A stretch of DNA of 57,333 bases, filler included, from Sphacelaria rigidula (taxonomy: Eukaryota), in NCBI GenBank assembly GCA_964200075.2. It is 6 parts of 6 records of this genome, joined end to end, with 100 filler letters (N's around TTAATTAATTAA, not from the genome) between each part and the next. Parts side by side here need not be neighbours in the genome. Positions count along the whole stretch, not along the records: positions 28,718 to 38,189 come from CAXNAA020008414.1; positions 38,290 to 47,761 come from CAXNAA020008415.1; positions 47,862 to 57,333 come from CAXNAA020008416.1; 3 more parts are not named here. One strand, written 5' to 3'. Below the pieces are notes generated by a model that worked only from the letters and a program-made list of their open reading frames with translations, was not told the origin of the DNA and searched no databases. The position numbers and the translations under genes are program-made. Below, piece by piece: positions 37,762 to 49,537 of the stretch (the stretch's first letter is position 1; each line of letters begins with the position of its first letter).

Positions 37762-37838
37762 ATGCTCCGTCTCGAAAGAGATGCGTGGTCAATGGTCAAA
37801 TGACTAAGGCAGGCAACGAATGAGTACGCCCCCCCCCC
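37762..37838 (+). mobile_element. Short LINE 3' fragment with about 20-bp target site duplication
   Basis: C9-TTTCAACGCCT before (37742-37761) and C10-TTCAACGCCT after (37829-37848). Confidence 0.8.
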
Positions 37839-37895
37839 TTCAACGCCTGCAAATGATACTCAATAAAGTACCCCACCCCTCCCCTCCCCTCCCCT

Positions 37896-38115
37896 CATAC
37901 TAGGAGATCGATCGTGGCCACAGACGGCGAAACAGGAAGGGCATAAGATATGTAAAAGGTTTTTGTGCAGTGTATGGAAGAAACGTAATGAGCGCCGGAA
38001 TGTTAGAGGTGTCTCTATTAGGAGTAGGAGCGGTGCTCCGTCTCGAGAGGAATGCGTGGTCAATGGTCGGACGGCTACGGCAAGCAACCCCCCCCCCCCC
38101 CCCCCCCCCCCCCTT
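37896..38115 (+). mobile_element. LINE 3' fragment between (CCCCT)n and poly-C
   Basis: Encodes ILGDRSWPQTAKQEGHKICKRFLCSVWKKRNERRNVRGVSIRSRSGAPSREECVVNGRTATASN. Confidence 0.8.
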
Positions 38116-38189
38116 CCTTTTTTTTTTTTCCTCTTCCCCCCCCAAAACACCCCGGCAGGGGTTTTTTTTTCTTTCCCCTTCCCGCGTTT

Positions 38190-38289
38190 NNNNNNNNNNN
38201 NNNNNNNNNNNNNNNNNNNNNNNNNNNNNNNNNTTAATTAATTAANNNNNNNNNNNNNNNNNNNNNNNNNNNNNNNNNNNNNNNNNNNN
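38190..38289. other. Artificial contig linker
   Basis: Same 100-nt spacer. Confidence 0.98.
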
Positions 38290-38486
38290 GAAGGAACAAC
38301 TTGCGATACATCGTCAGTTAGAACGGGCTGAAGGAAAGTGAGCTTCTTAGGCGGCCCAGCCTGTAGTGCAAAAATACTGTGCCGAATGTAGGCTACAGCT
38401 CATCGTCCATGGTGGTACTTGTTCACCATAAGAACTCCATCAGACCTCTTATGAACAGAACGAGTATTCAGCTCCCGCATGCTGAC

Positions 38487-38722
38487 CTCGAGGGACAATT
38501 GTCCATCCGAGTCTTGGTCTGACAACTCCCATATTCTGAACAGCTTTTCTTGCGGCAGCCCAGTTTTACCCAGGAGTTGCGCGGCTCGTTTTCCGCTGAG
38601 GTATCCATTCTCAGTCTCCACTTTCGCGAATGCCTGCGCGTACCTTGCTTCCTCCTTTGCACATGGTCCTGGCGCAAGGGCGACGTTTGGATCGTCATGC
38701 AAACCTTCCGGCTTCTCACGCT
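38487..38722 (-). CDS. Exon encoding an EH (Eps15 homology) domain; partial gene
   Basis: EEARYAQAF...NGYLSGKRAAQLLGKTGLPQEKLFRIWELSDQDSDGQLSLE is a typical EH domain; gtcag donor at 38486; acceptor tatcag tentative. Confidence 0.85.
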
Positions 38723-41367
38723 CTGATACCGCAGTAGTATCGATTGTCATGATATGCGTTGTACAACAGCAACCGCTTCACTATTAAATCAGCGACTCGA
38801 TCATATCATTGATCTTATCTTTTTGCCTATATTCTTGTAAGATGTCGACGTCGCAGCGTTCGTGGTTTGGCGTGTGTGAGCGACAGCGTCGCCGTCTCTG
38901 CGGGACAATTGTCTTGAGTGTTGGCGTGCCCTACCCATTTACCACAAGCGGGTCTGAGAGAATCAATCCTGAAACAAAATAAGACACTTTTTGCCGCGTG
39001 TCTGGCATACCTAGCAACACGGTCGAACGCACGGACGGGAGCGTTGATCTCAGGTAGCCTTTCGGAATGCGATGAGGCCACCATGTACGGAAGTGAAGGC
39101 AGCAGTATTCGCCCTGGTAATCGCTGCATCTGAAGGATTCTGCTCGGTAAGTTCTAGTCACACCATTGTATGTGTGCACGTCTACGTCTCAATTTCGTTC
39201 ATGCACCCGCATCCTGTGGCTTTGGTCTGGCACGTTGATGTCGATCCGCAGTGTCTGAGCTGCACTGTTTCGTCGGTGATAACATACCATACTCACAGAG
39301 AGAAAGCTTGAAATCCCACATACTCTGGTCTTGTCCGTTTTTATGGCTTTTACTCCTTCACTACCAGTCCATGCAGCTCGTGCTGTGATCATGATTTGAC
39401 GATGCTCGGTGGTATGAATCGCAGGGACCATGGCTCACGCGGCGGTTAGGAGCTTCTGAGGGTTCTTTATCGAGAGTCCGGACTCCATCAGCTAATGCTG
39501 GCGATGGGGTGGGTACTCGACGGGTAGGAGGGACCATGCTGATGACGGCGACGGAAGAGGTGGATATTGAGGCCCGGGTGAAGGCGGTTAAGGAGGCGGA
39601 GGCGGCGGCGGCGGATGCGTCTCGACCACGATGTGTGTATTGAGGATTTCTTGCACTGGGGTAGTGCTCATGTTTCGTTGTTCGGCTGAGATTATGCTGT
39701 GTACTACTGTTGTACTGTTGTACTGCGGCACTCTGTAGTGCTGTACAACAATGTGGAGTAACCTCACAGACAGTATCCCTCGATGGGTTAATAGGACATA
39801 ACTCCTGTGAAGCACACCCCAGATAACCGCCTCCACTAAACAGTGCAGTCTACTTTAATGCCAGTGGTCCCACGGATGCATTGTTTGCTATCATTCGCTG
39901 AATACGTCCTGTTGATTCTTGTTGTGTAAACGTACGTGGCATCGATGTGAGTATGATCACAACCCCTCCCATGCTATCTTATTATAGTGTATTTGTTGAG
40001 TTTAGTGCAAAGCACCCCGTTGTACCTCCGATCACCCCAGTTCATCTGCTGCAGGATGTACACACAGTCAAGAACTCGACTCAAATCTGTCCAACACTGC
40101 GCAGCACAACGTAGAACTGTAGTACAATCGGACGGAGTTCACGCTTTGGCGTTTCTATGCAATGAAAAAAGTGTCTCCTACTGTCCTGACTGTGGTGTGC
40201 CCTATTTTTTCTCCATGCTCGGCATTCCCACGAGTATACCTCTAACGGATGTTGGTAACGGGAGTCAACCCTCAGACCAAGCTGTGTCCATCTGCTGAAT
40301 CGGCATCATTTCAACTTGAAAATGACGGCCAGAACGAGGTTTCCATTACAGGATAAGGGGTAAGGGGTGGGGATAAGAAATGGTACAGGGGTAATGAAAC
40401 GAATCAGAGTCATTACCCAAATCACAGTCTCAGAGGGGAGGGCGAGGGGGAGGGGAGCGTACTCATTTATTGCCTGTATCATGGCGGAGGGGGTTGATGA
40501 AGTCGTGGCAGAGGTTGAGCAGGAAGAAGCTGAAACGGATCGGTGTAGATACTGAATCGCCTCACCCTTCATTTTTGGGTAAAACGAAAACTGACTCTAT
40601 TTTGGGCTTGTAACATCGCGAGAGTCACATGGCACTGAAGTACCGAAGACCAAGAGCAGGGCCACTTGAGCAAGATGAAACCTGTCAGCATCAACCGACA
40701 CGAAAAAATTTAGCAGTACATGAACACTGTAGCCACAGCGTTCGTCCCCTTCGGTGTGGGGCATACATCCAGAAGATGATAAAGGAGCAGGTTCATCTGC
40801 GGGGCCACAAGGTTCAGTCTCCAGTCTTGGATTGCTCATTGTTTCTGTTCCGATTTTTATCCGCTGAGGCCGCGTCTTATCAAATTGTTTTCGTGTAGAA
40901 AACGTGCGGTCGAATCGAATCCACTCGTTTCTGATTCGTCTACACTATTTTCTCAGATGGAACATGAATGCCGTGGACGAATCAGGTACGAGCAAATTCG
41001 ATTCCACCATACGTTTTCGAGTCGAAAACATTTTGATAAGACATGGTCTGATAGTCCCGCGAGTTTTTGGAGGATGTTTTCTGTAGGCGTAGATGAACGG
41101 TACAAAGGCATGGACGGTCGGCAAGACTGTTGCGAAGTAAGAAGAAGTAGAGTGAAGACGTGCATCAGCCTTTTGCCACGGTTGAGGGAGGCGGAGTTTA
41201 CATTTGTTCGTGCGCACGCACTAATCTGCTGTGCGAACTGACTTCTTCTTACATGGACTCTATGAACAGCTGGCGCGATCATCGTGGCTGTTTTGGTCAA
41301 CAGAGATGGAAATATGCTGCAGGCGTTGTCTCTCCCCCAAGCAAAAATAACCACTCCGATCCCCCCC

Positions 41368-41446
41368 CTCCGTCTCGAAAGGGACCCGTGGTTAATGGTC
41401 GAACGCCTGAGGCGAGCAACAAATGAGTATCCCCCCTTCTCCCCCG
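41368..41446 (+). mobile_element. Short LINE 3' fragment in a C-tract
   Basis: ctccgtctcgaaaggga..cgtggt.aatggtcgaacg..gcaacaaatgagta with C-runs on both sides. Confidence 0.7.
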
Positions 41447-41718
41447 CCACAGGCTGTCCGACGATGCATGGCAACTCACCTAGTGCAGTTAACGAAGAAT
41501 TGCATGTGTGCCTGGTCAAGAGCACACAGCGGCACGCCTGTGTTGTGGCTGCGTACGGTTCATGTGATTGGGTAAACTTGGTTGAGAAAACACTGCAGAT
41601 GTGACCCCAGCAACCACATTCTATCGTGCGGCTGTAAATTCGAGCTCCCCTACTGTACCGCTGTGTTATACTGTGCTGTTTAACGACGACAATGGCGCTA
41701 CTGCTGCTGCTGCTGCAG

Positions 41719-44700
41719 CTGCTGCCGTGGAACGGCCGAAATCGCCGTCGAGACCGTACCCGATGTCCAAGATCGTTGGACAGGACACGGTCAAGCTGGC
41801 TCTGCTGCTGGCCGCTGGTGGGTATTTTGTACTCTGTGTACTGATATGGCTGCCATATCCGCTGCGGACAGTGCATTGGTTCGCGGCTCTCCGTCGACCA
41901 TTTACTTTGTTGATCATCTCCTATTGAACTGGGTATCGGCGTACTTTTGAAGTACTCGTCGCGAAGAGCGTACTATAGGCAGTAGCCTGGTCGATAGCTA
42001 TTTTATTTCGGTATAACAACGTTAGGAGTATGGAGACGCTTGCGTTTCTGTGCTGTAAAGTTAAAATTGACGAGTCATAGACATGCGAGTAGAAGGCAAC
42101 TGGTGTGTATATCAGTGCTATCACTTTTACCGTCGTACTTCGCCTCTGGCGAGTGCCACACGCCGCTGGGACTGCTCTCTGAATCCTTTTATGAAGCGGG
42201 GTTGGAACATTGGGGTACAGTTTCGTGTATCGTGTATCCGTGTAGCTGTAAGACCGCTACATGTACTTGAGATGTGAACGTTACCGAACCGAAAGAAACA
42301 GAGAGTGTTGCGATCGAAGATGATTTTTCTCCTGTGTGGCAAGGTGAAGGTGATCACATACCTGACAATAGTGTAATACTCGTTTTGGACCATGACTTTG
42401 TCGTGGGCACATTTTCTTGTTGTAAATCATTGCATGATGTCGTTCCAAGAAAATGTTAGAGCTCGTCTGTGCGTCATTCCAGGGACTTGAGCCGTGTCGT
42501 GTGACCTTCGTGACGTGGCGATGGTAACAGTGCTTCCTGTTTTGGTTTGAGCGCATGGTGGAATGTTAGACCCCATGTACATGCGAATTTGTTAGTTCCA
42601 CAGAGCGCTGCCACAGCTTGTAGACTGAAGAAGCTTTCGGTCCCCATCGCTAAAAAATGGTGAACAATTTGATAACTCATCCCTCCGTCCGTTTTTTTGT
42701 TGTACGTCGACAGTCAACCCTTCTATGGGTGGAGTGCTAATCTCCGGCCGAAGGGGTACGGCAAAGTCCATCCTTGCTCGTGCCCTCCACAGCGTGCTGC
42801 CACCGATCGAGAGAGTCAAGGTACGTTCGCCACTGCCATAATTTATCTCCAGCATTTTTACTCTTACTATTGACGTACAGTCCCGGCTGTATCAACACGG
42901 CATCCAAGCACACATGGGTTTGAGACGGTTTCTCGATCGAGACCCTTTCATGGTTCTGAGACACTGCCATCGTAGTTTGGTTCACTATACCTTGTAAGGT
43001 ACGGTGCCGAGCTGCACTTTTTTCAGGAGAACCGAGGATTGTGTACTGGTGATGCTTCTTGAACACTATTATGGCTCTAACTGTACAGCCTGGTTTCACC
43101 ACAAGACATAATGATCCTCGACGCAAGCTTTTCATGAGCTAGAGGTGGACTGTAAGCTTTAAATATCTTTACTTGGTGCTGAGATCAACGCGAACATGGC
43201 TCTGTGGACCGAACTCGACAGCGATCCACTTCTCCACTCCTCGAGAAGGAATCATTCGTTCAATCCTAAACGCAGCTATCTCGTCGTGATTTGTACTGGA
43301 GTGTCTATTTCCAATATTCGAAAAACCGTGAAGCAACAAAGCACACACACACACAGTCATACCTATTCCTTCCCATCGGCATAGTGTATTAATAAGAAAT
43401 CCTTCAAAATTTACCTTGGATAGCACGATGGATTGTGATGAGTGAGAAACGAGTGCGTTTAGCACAGCCTACTGAAAAACAAAACAAAAAAACACCCCGC
43501 TCACACTCTTGGTACCACAAACGCCTACCTTGAGAGTCTGCTGTCTGACACGATAACTGAGCGTAGGGAGCGGTGGAGGGCAGGTTACCGTGCCGCCTGG
43601 TATAACGCTACGAAAGCGGGCCAAAATGCCACGAAAACGAGCCAAGATGCCCACTATGGATCCTTGTTGCAGCGATCTCGAGTATAACACACGTGCCCGA
43701 AAATATTTCGTGACAATTATGTACCTGGCGCTCACGTGCTGTTCCTGTTCCTGTTTTCTGGACATGCGAAGCAAGATTTGCTGAACAACAATGGGTATGT
43801 GGTAAAATATAGCTTTCACGAGTTTAATCAATCACCAGTCAAAGAAAATGCTCCATAAATATTGTGGAACATGTCTTATACGCAGAGCTTGTTCTGGGTT
43901 AGGAATCGAACGATGACGCGAAGTTTTGTACACGGGTTTGCCCGGGGGATTGAAATATCTTTACTGGACCCGTTGATCGGTGAAGGTTTGTAATATTGAG
44001 TACTTTATATCAACTCCTTCAGCATCAGTGGGCCAGCAGTCAGCTTTCTTTATTTAGTCACGAGTTTGGAAAAACGCTTATCAGTAGAGGCACAACGCTA
44101 ACACAGAATTGCTGTTGCCACGCACCTGCGTGCGTCACAGACGATGACAGCACAGGAGAGTCTGTAGTCAGCTTGTCGTGCACAAGGCGATGCTACCGAC
44201 ACTGCCCTCTTACACTTGTCGCTAGTACAACAGCCGTACAGCAAGTCGTTGTAGCACAAACATCAACTGCAGTCAGTCGTTCGTGAATGTGGTAAACACA
44301 CATACCTGATATCGAAGGCGGTGTGTTGCCGAACAGCCGAAAAGACAGGTAGCAGTGATCGCGCCAACGAGTAGAAAAAAAGTACATGCATATGGTGAAC
44401 ATACACACACACACACAGCCGAATTGTTTTTCTGTTGCTGAACAGCTGGAGGTCGTGGCGCATTTGGTGCGGGGTGTACACACTTCAGGATGTGGTCCGG
44501 TGGTGTTTGATGGGGGCTAGAAGTGTGTTGCCTCCTACCCCCAACAGGCGATTTGTCGGGATGAATGTACAGAGGTTGACGCATACCCAAGCAATACGCA
44601 TGGAACCTCAGTGGTGAGCTTGTCCGTTCCACAAACCTCTGCTTCCTTCCGCGGTTGTTTCCTGCTGAGCCTGAGGCAGAAACGACCTACGAAAAACCCA

Positions 44701-47217
44701 GCCCGCCCTCCCAACCATGTTGAGCCTGCGATGCTATTGGTCGGGAAATATAGGAAGCGAAATCTGTTCTAGCGCCCGGACGTCCTGCTAGGTCTCACCT
44801 GTCTACTATTGCTTGTTCGGGCGCTAAGACGGTCAGGACTGACCCCGTTTTGCTGTATTCATTACAACTCCAAAATTAGAGAAGGCGATCAATGACCCAC
44901 TTTAGTCAGTAGACGGGTGGAGAACACTAAGGCTCTGAGAAAACTCTGTTGAAGGAACTCGTCAAAATGACCCCGTAACTTAGGGATAAGGGATAAAAAC
45001 GTGTAGTGTAGCTACGCATTTTTGGCACAAAATCAGGGAAGTCTCCCTGCCCCTCCCTCCGTCAGAATATGCGGATGAGATTTGACCTCAAAAGTCGAAC
45101 GCTATCGTGAAGCACTTTTTTGCCAGAGGATTGTTAGTCCTAGTGGGTGGAAGCAGCCTATCTGCCTGCATGCTCAATATGCCCAATATGTTTCGCTCCT
45201 GTATGTATTTGGTCACTCAAAATAACGACAAAGCATGCTGACGATTATGTGTACTTGCTTTTTGTTGTGCGGCTCACGAATTTTCAATATTCCAGGACTC
45301 GGTCTATAATCTTGATCCAGAAAGGCCGGAGGACGTTGACTACTTCACCGCCACCAAGCTTGCTGAGGAAGGAAAATCACTGTCAGATCTAGAGACCGAA
45401 ATCGTGGAGGCCCCATTTGTGCAGGTAGGCGCTGGGTGGAAGTGTTCGCCGCTTGTTGTCGATCTTCTATGCGGGTTTATCGCTGCGCTTCTTGCCGCTC
45501 TGTTAGTTGATTGTATAACCATCACATTAGATTGAACGGTGTGGTGGTTTTGTTTAACTAGTCGGAACAGACGCTCTTGTCGAGGAGCACGGGTGTAATG
45601 CGACTACCTGGTGTGTGTGATTATGTAGCTTGAGATCTAGTGTGATCGTGAGAGTTGTCGATCTTTTTCATCGTTGGGCGTTCTTACGGTTAGTATCTTG
45701 ATCAACGTCGAGACGAATGAGTATCTTTATGTGTCACAACTCGATGAGCATGCTGGCTATGGCCAAGCCTGCTGTCCGCCATATGATTATTTTCAACGTC
45801 GCTTCTGAGGGCCTTCGAGTCGCCAACGTATTCTCAACTCGCAAGGTTTTTGACTTCACAGGTCCCTCTGAACGTGATGGAGGATCGTCTGCTGGGGTCC
45901 GTTGATATGGAAGCGTCCGTCCGGCAGGTGAGTGCTATTTAGATCCATGGGCTTCGCTTGGTTCATTGAAAACGATGCGCTGTAAAAATTGCACGTACGT
46001 CTACTTTGCGGTGACGACGAGCAAATGACCAGTAAAACCGAGAGATCCATTATAACGTGGGTCAAGCCGTGCTTCATACCATGAACGGTCCATATTTTCA
46101 TGTTTGCTCTCCTGAAGAAAGCGGGACTGGAAATTCGTATGGCGCCGCGATGCTAGTGTAAGCGTCAACGCTCTCCGTGGAATTAGCGTTGTACTCGCTC
46201 TGCGACTACTGCTGAGGCGCTACTGTTGCTGTTGTGCTATTGCTGCTGCTCTCAGGGAAAGACGGTATTCATGCCGGGACTGCTGGCTAACGCTCACAGG
46301 GGTATTCTTTACGTGGATGACATAAATCTGCTGGACACTGAGTTGTGCCAGATCCTGCTCGGGATTGTGTCGGAAGGCTGGGTGAACATCGAGGTACGTG
46401 GCGTGGGAAAGGGAGGCCGTCCTCTGCCTCGCTCTGCAAGACGATCATGCACTCTGGAATGTCGTGAACCTTGCTGAGAAATGATTGTCACCGAGAAGGT
46501 TTGCAGCTGGACAAGCTTCATATACACACTGTGCGCGCACCACCGTTTGGTACGAGGCTATTTTGCTTGTCATGGCCGCACTATTTCGTTACAGGGCGAA
46601 GCGATAAATACTGCCACCAATAGGTGTGTGCCACTTCTAGCATTAACAAGGATTGTATACGCAGCAGCCTTTGGTGTTATGGTGGAGGGAACGAGGGTTC
46701 CATTGCCGATGCGCTGGATTTTTCTTCGTTTTGTCTGATTTCCACCGTGAAAAGCGTGAGAACGTGAGTAAACAAAGTAGTCGACTGAGTTTGTTTGACT
46801 TGATTTGACGCGGTGCGGGAGTGCTGATAGTCATGACCCAACCCGCGAGAACAAAATGCAAGGCGTGTAGCGGGGGAGAGATAGGTTGAGATGAAACCAC
46901 GGACTCATCCCGAGGAAGGGGAGGGGTTCAAAGTGCGACAAATAAATATGAATGAGGATTAATAATGATAATACTGCAGAGGAACTGCGTAGCGAACTAG
47001 GTGACAACTGTCGCTTTTTGTGCCTTTGCCTGTGCCGGAAAATTGTGTGCACAGCGGGAGGGCATGTCCACGCGCTACCCATGCAAGCCTCTCCTGATCG
47101 CCACGTTCAACCCGGAAGAGGCTGAGTTGCGGGATCACCTGCTCGACCGCATTGCCGTGTCTCTCAGCGTCGACGCTTCTCCCTTGGATATGGAGCAGCG
47201 AATAGAGGCTGTTTCTG
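41719..47217 (+). CDS. chlD: Magnesium chelatase subunit D, partial (AAA+ region)
   Basis: Phase-consistent GT-AG exons 41719-41817, 42714-42820, 45296-45424, 45862-45927, 46256-46393, 47055-47217 give [113 protein letters not shown] is ChlD-type (ChlI has GDRGTGK). First exon not located; gene runs off the contig. Confidence 0.93.
44907..44992 (+). pseudogene. Organellar (probably mitochondrial) LSU/23S-like rRNA fragment inserted in a chlD intron
   Basis: gagaacactaaggc..gagaaaactctgttgaaggaactcgtcaaaatgaccccgtaacttagggataaggg follows the conserved 23S segment GAGAATAC.AAGGCG..GAGA.AACTC...AAGGAACT.GGCAAAAT..CCGTAACTTCGGGA.AAGG. Confidence 0.7.
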
Positions 47218-47685
47218 GTGAGTCTTGAGATATTTTTTGTTCTTGCTCGAGTATCCGTAGCGCTCATATCCTGCCGCCCATCAGGAGGAGACGGTACGCC
47301 CATGTGTTGTTCTGTGATGTTGCCGGTGCATGATGTTCAACGGGAAATTTGTAGTGGCACCTGCCAACATATGCAGCCGATGAAAAGTGATAGCGTGCTA
47401 GCAAACAAACCTGCCGAGGAAGACCAGCGTGCAGAGGTGGTATTTTGTCACGCTTGTGCTGTGAAAGTAAAAGCACGACGAGGCACTGGTATATATTCGA
47501 AGATCGTTGACAACATACAAGCGCACATAGATCGCGCCGATTGTGGATGTTGGAAACGCTGAGTGTCGACGCGGGCAGTGTGTTCGAGGGACCTTCAGGT
47601 GTAACTTTTGCGTTCGTTGAGGCGTGACACACCGACAGTGCGAATCCATTTTTGTGTTGAATGAAGGGTATAATCCTTGGTTTGA

Positions 47686-47761
47686 GCCGGTCGCCCCGGT
47701 GGCTCAGTTGGTAACCTCGTTACCTTCTGATGGTTGAGTTGTGGGGTTCGATTCCCGGAGC
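47686..47761 (+). mobile_element. tRNA-derived SINE head, cut by contig end
   Basis: A box TGGCTCAGTTGG, B box GGTTCGATTCC; matches 9574-9647. Confidence 0.75.
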
Positions 47762-47861
47762 NNNNNNNNNNNNNNNNNNNNNNNNNNNNNNNNNNNNNNN
47801 NNNNNTTAATTAATTAANNNNNNNNNNNNNNNNNNNNNNNNNNNNNNNNNNNNNNNNNNNN
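47762..47861. other. Artificial contig linker
   Basis: Same 100-nt spacer. Confidence 0.98.
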
Positions 47862-49109
47862 GGGCTAGGCTCCTCTCTGTGGGGTGATGCAAAGTGTCCG
47901 AGACGTGTGTTGGCGGTTTTCCCTGTTTGGGGATCAAAAGGTGGGTCAAATGTCCCAAAGTGAACAATCCGTGGGCAAAATATTTGTGCACCATAACATC
48001 TGGCCTCATATCAGGTAAAATATATCGACAAATACTTCGTATGCCTATTTCAGATGGCATAAATTATTGTGATGTATCTTCCTGTTGTATCAGGCGAATC
48101 ATCTAGAAAATCGGCTTATATCGGTGGAATATGTGATACAGTGCAGTACACGATGTGGTACGTGATGCCCACATATATAGGGGGACGCACAGGGGTCCCA
48201 TGTCTGCTTTTTTCCCGTTTTTTCCTGCCGTGAGGCTTTGAATCGCGATGAGCGAGACCCATATAATATGCGCCTTCGGCCGCGGCTACAGGCGAGCCTC
48301 AGTAGGAGTCTCCTTCGACAGCGCCCAGCGCCGATAGCGACCCCAAGCCGTATCGACAACGGCCAGCACCGATGCTGACAGAGTCTCTCCTCCAGGGAAC
48401 CGGAGTCGGCAAGACCCGATGAACCTCACCTGTGAAGAGTCGAGCTGTGACCCCGTCCACGATACCGTGCACATCGATACTGCCCAAACTATTGATGGGG
48501 GCCTGTGGCAGCCCAAATTCAGGGGCTATGTTAGGCGGTCTACTGACGTTCCTTTTGGAAATCGGTTCACCAAAAATAAAAGAGAAAAAGTCAGTGAGAG
48601 ATGACTGACGTACCTACGGCACCTAGTTCTCCGTGTACTTACAAGAGTGGGTATGTCTCCGCCACTTTTTTCGATTTTTTCGGATCGGTTTTTGCACTAC
48701 AGATTCGAGATGCTCATGCGGGACTGCCAATTCAATCCTTTTGAATCTATTAGCCGAAAAAAATGGTGCTTGCATATCACCAGCAGCAGCAGGCCGAAAT
48801 CACCACCGCAACTTTGAAGCTCCGGTGTGAGACACTCACCACGATTTTTCGAAAAAAACAAAACACAGCGGATTCGATGCCCACACGGTGCGGTTATTTA
48901 TGGCATCCCCCGCCCCCCCCCTCCCCGACTACTTGGTTCTCTCACATCACTCACCGCGTGGGTTAGGGGGAGGTTTAGCGGTAGGGTAAGGGTTGCTCCA
49001 AAATCGGGGATGTTGGGTCTGCATCTCCGGATTTTCGTAGCCTATGGAGTTCATTTTTTATATTGAGTGATGCCCGAACAAATTTGACACCATCTCTCGC
49101 CCTTACACC

Positions 49110-49405
49110 GGCTGCAATTACAGAAGTTGTAACAGAACTGCCGGGTACCAGTATAAAGGAGGCTTCACGAAAACCGCAATCGCAACCGGGTAATTTTATA
49201 AGATAATGCCACCCGTGCCCCCGGTGAGTTTACGGAAGGCTTACATAACTTATAGCACTATCGGGTAGGGGTACGAAAATCTTATGAAAATGAATCGGGT
49301 ATCGGTCTGAAAGTCTTGCGGAATGCACAGAACTCTCGTCGGGTACAGGTAATACCCGGGAATACACCCGAGGTATTCAAGAGGCCGTACCCTACAAAAC
49401 ACAAC
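49110..49405 (-). mobile_element. TIR element family B fragment
   Basis: Same subrepeats and terminus ccgtaccctacaaaacacaac as 5659-5956 and 7165. Confidence 0.6.
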
Positions 49406-49501
49406 AAAGAAACGATGAAAACTACTTCTATTATAATATATGATGCTATTCCGTAATACCGGCAACAGGGGGCTGCGCGGACAAGATTTTCGGACGCCGA
49501 G

Positions 49502-49537
<36 letters not shown>

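Noticed and set aside
39362..39660. Further exon of the EH-domain gene
   Set aside because: Pro/Ser-rich open frame is plausible, but frame and splice sites could not be fixed
40953..41876. 307-aa minus-strand ORF
   Set aside because: Antisense to a chlD exon and runs through a LINE fragment; likely a chance ORF
46256..46393. Walker B YVDD (not DE) as a sign of a dead gene
   Set aside because: ChlD is not the ATP-hydrolysing subunit and its Walker motifs are commonly degenerate; all exons are intact
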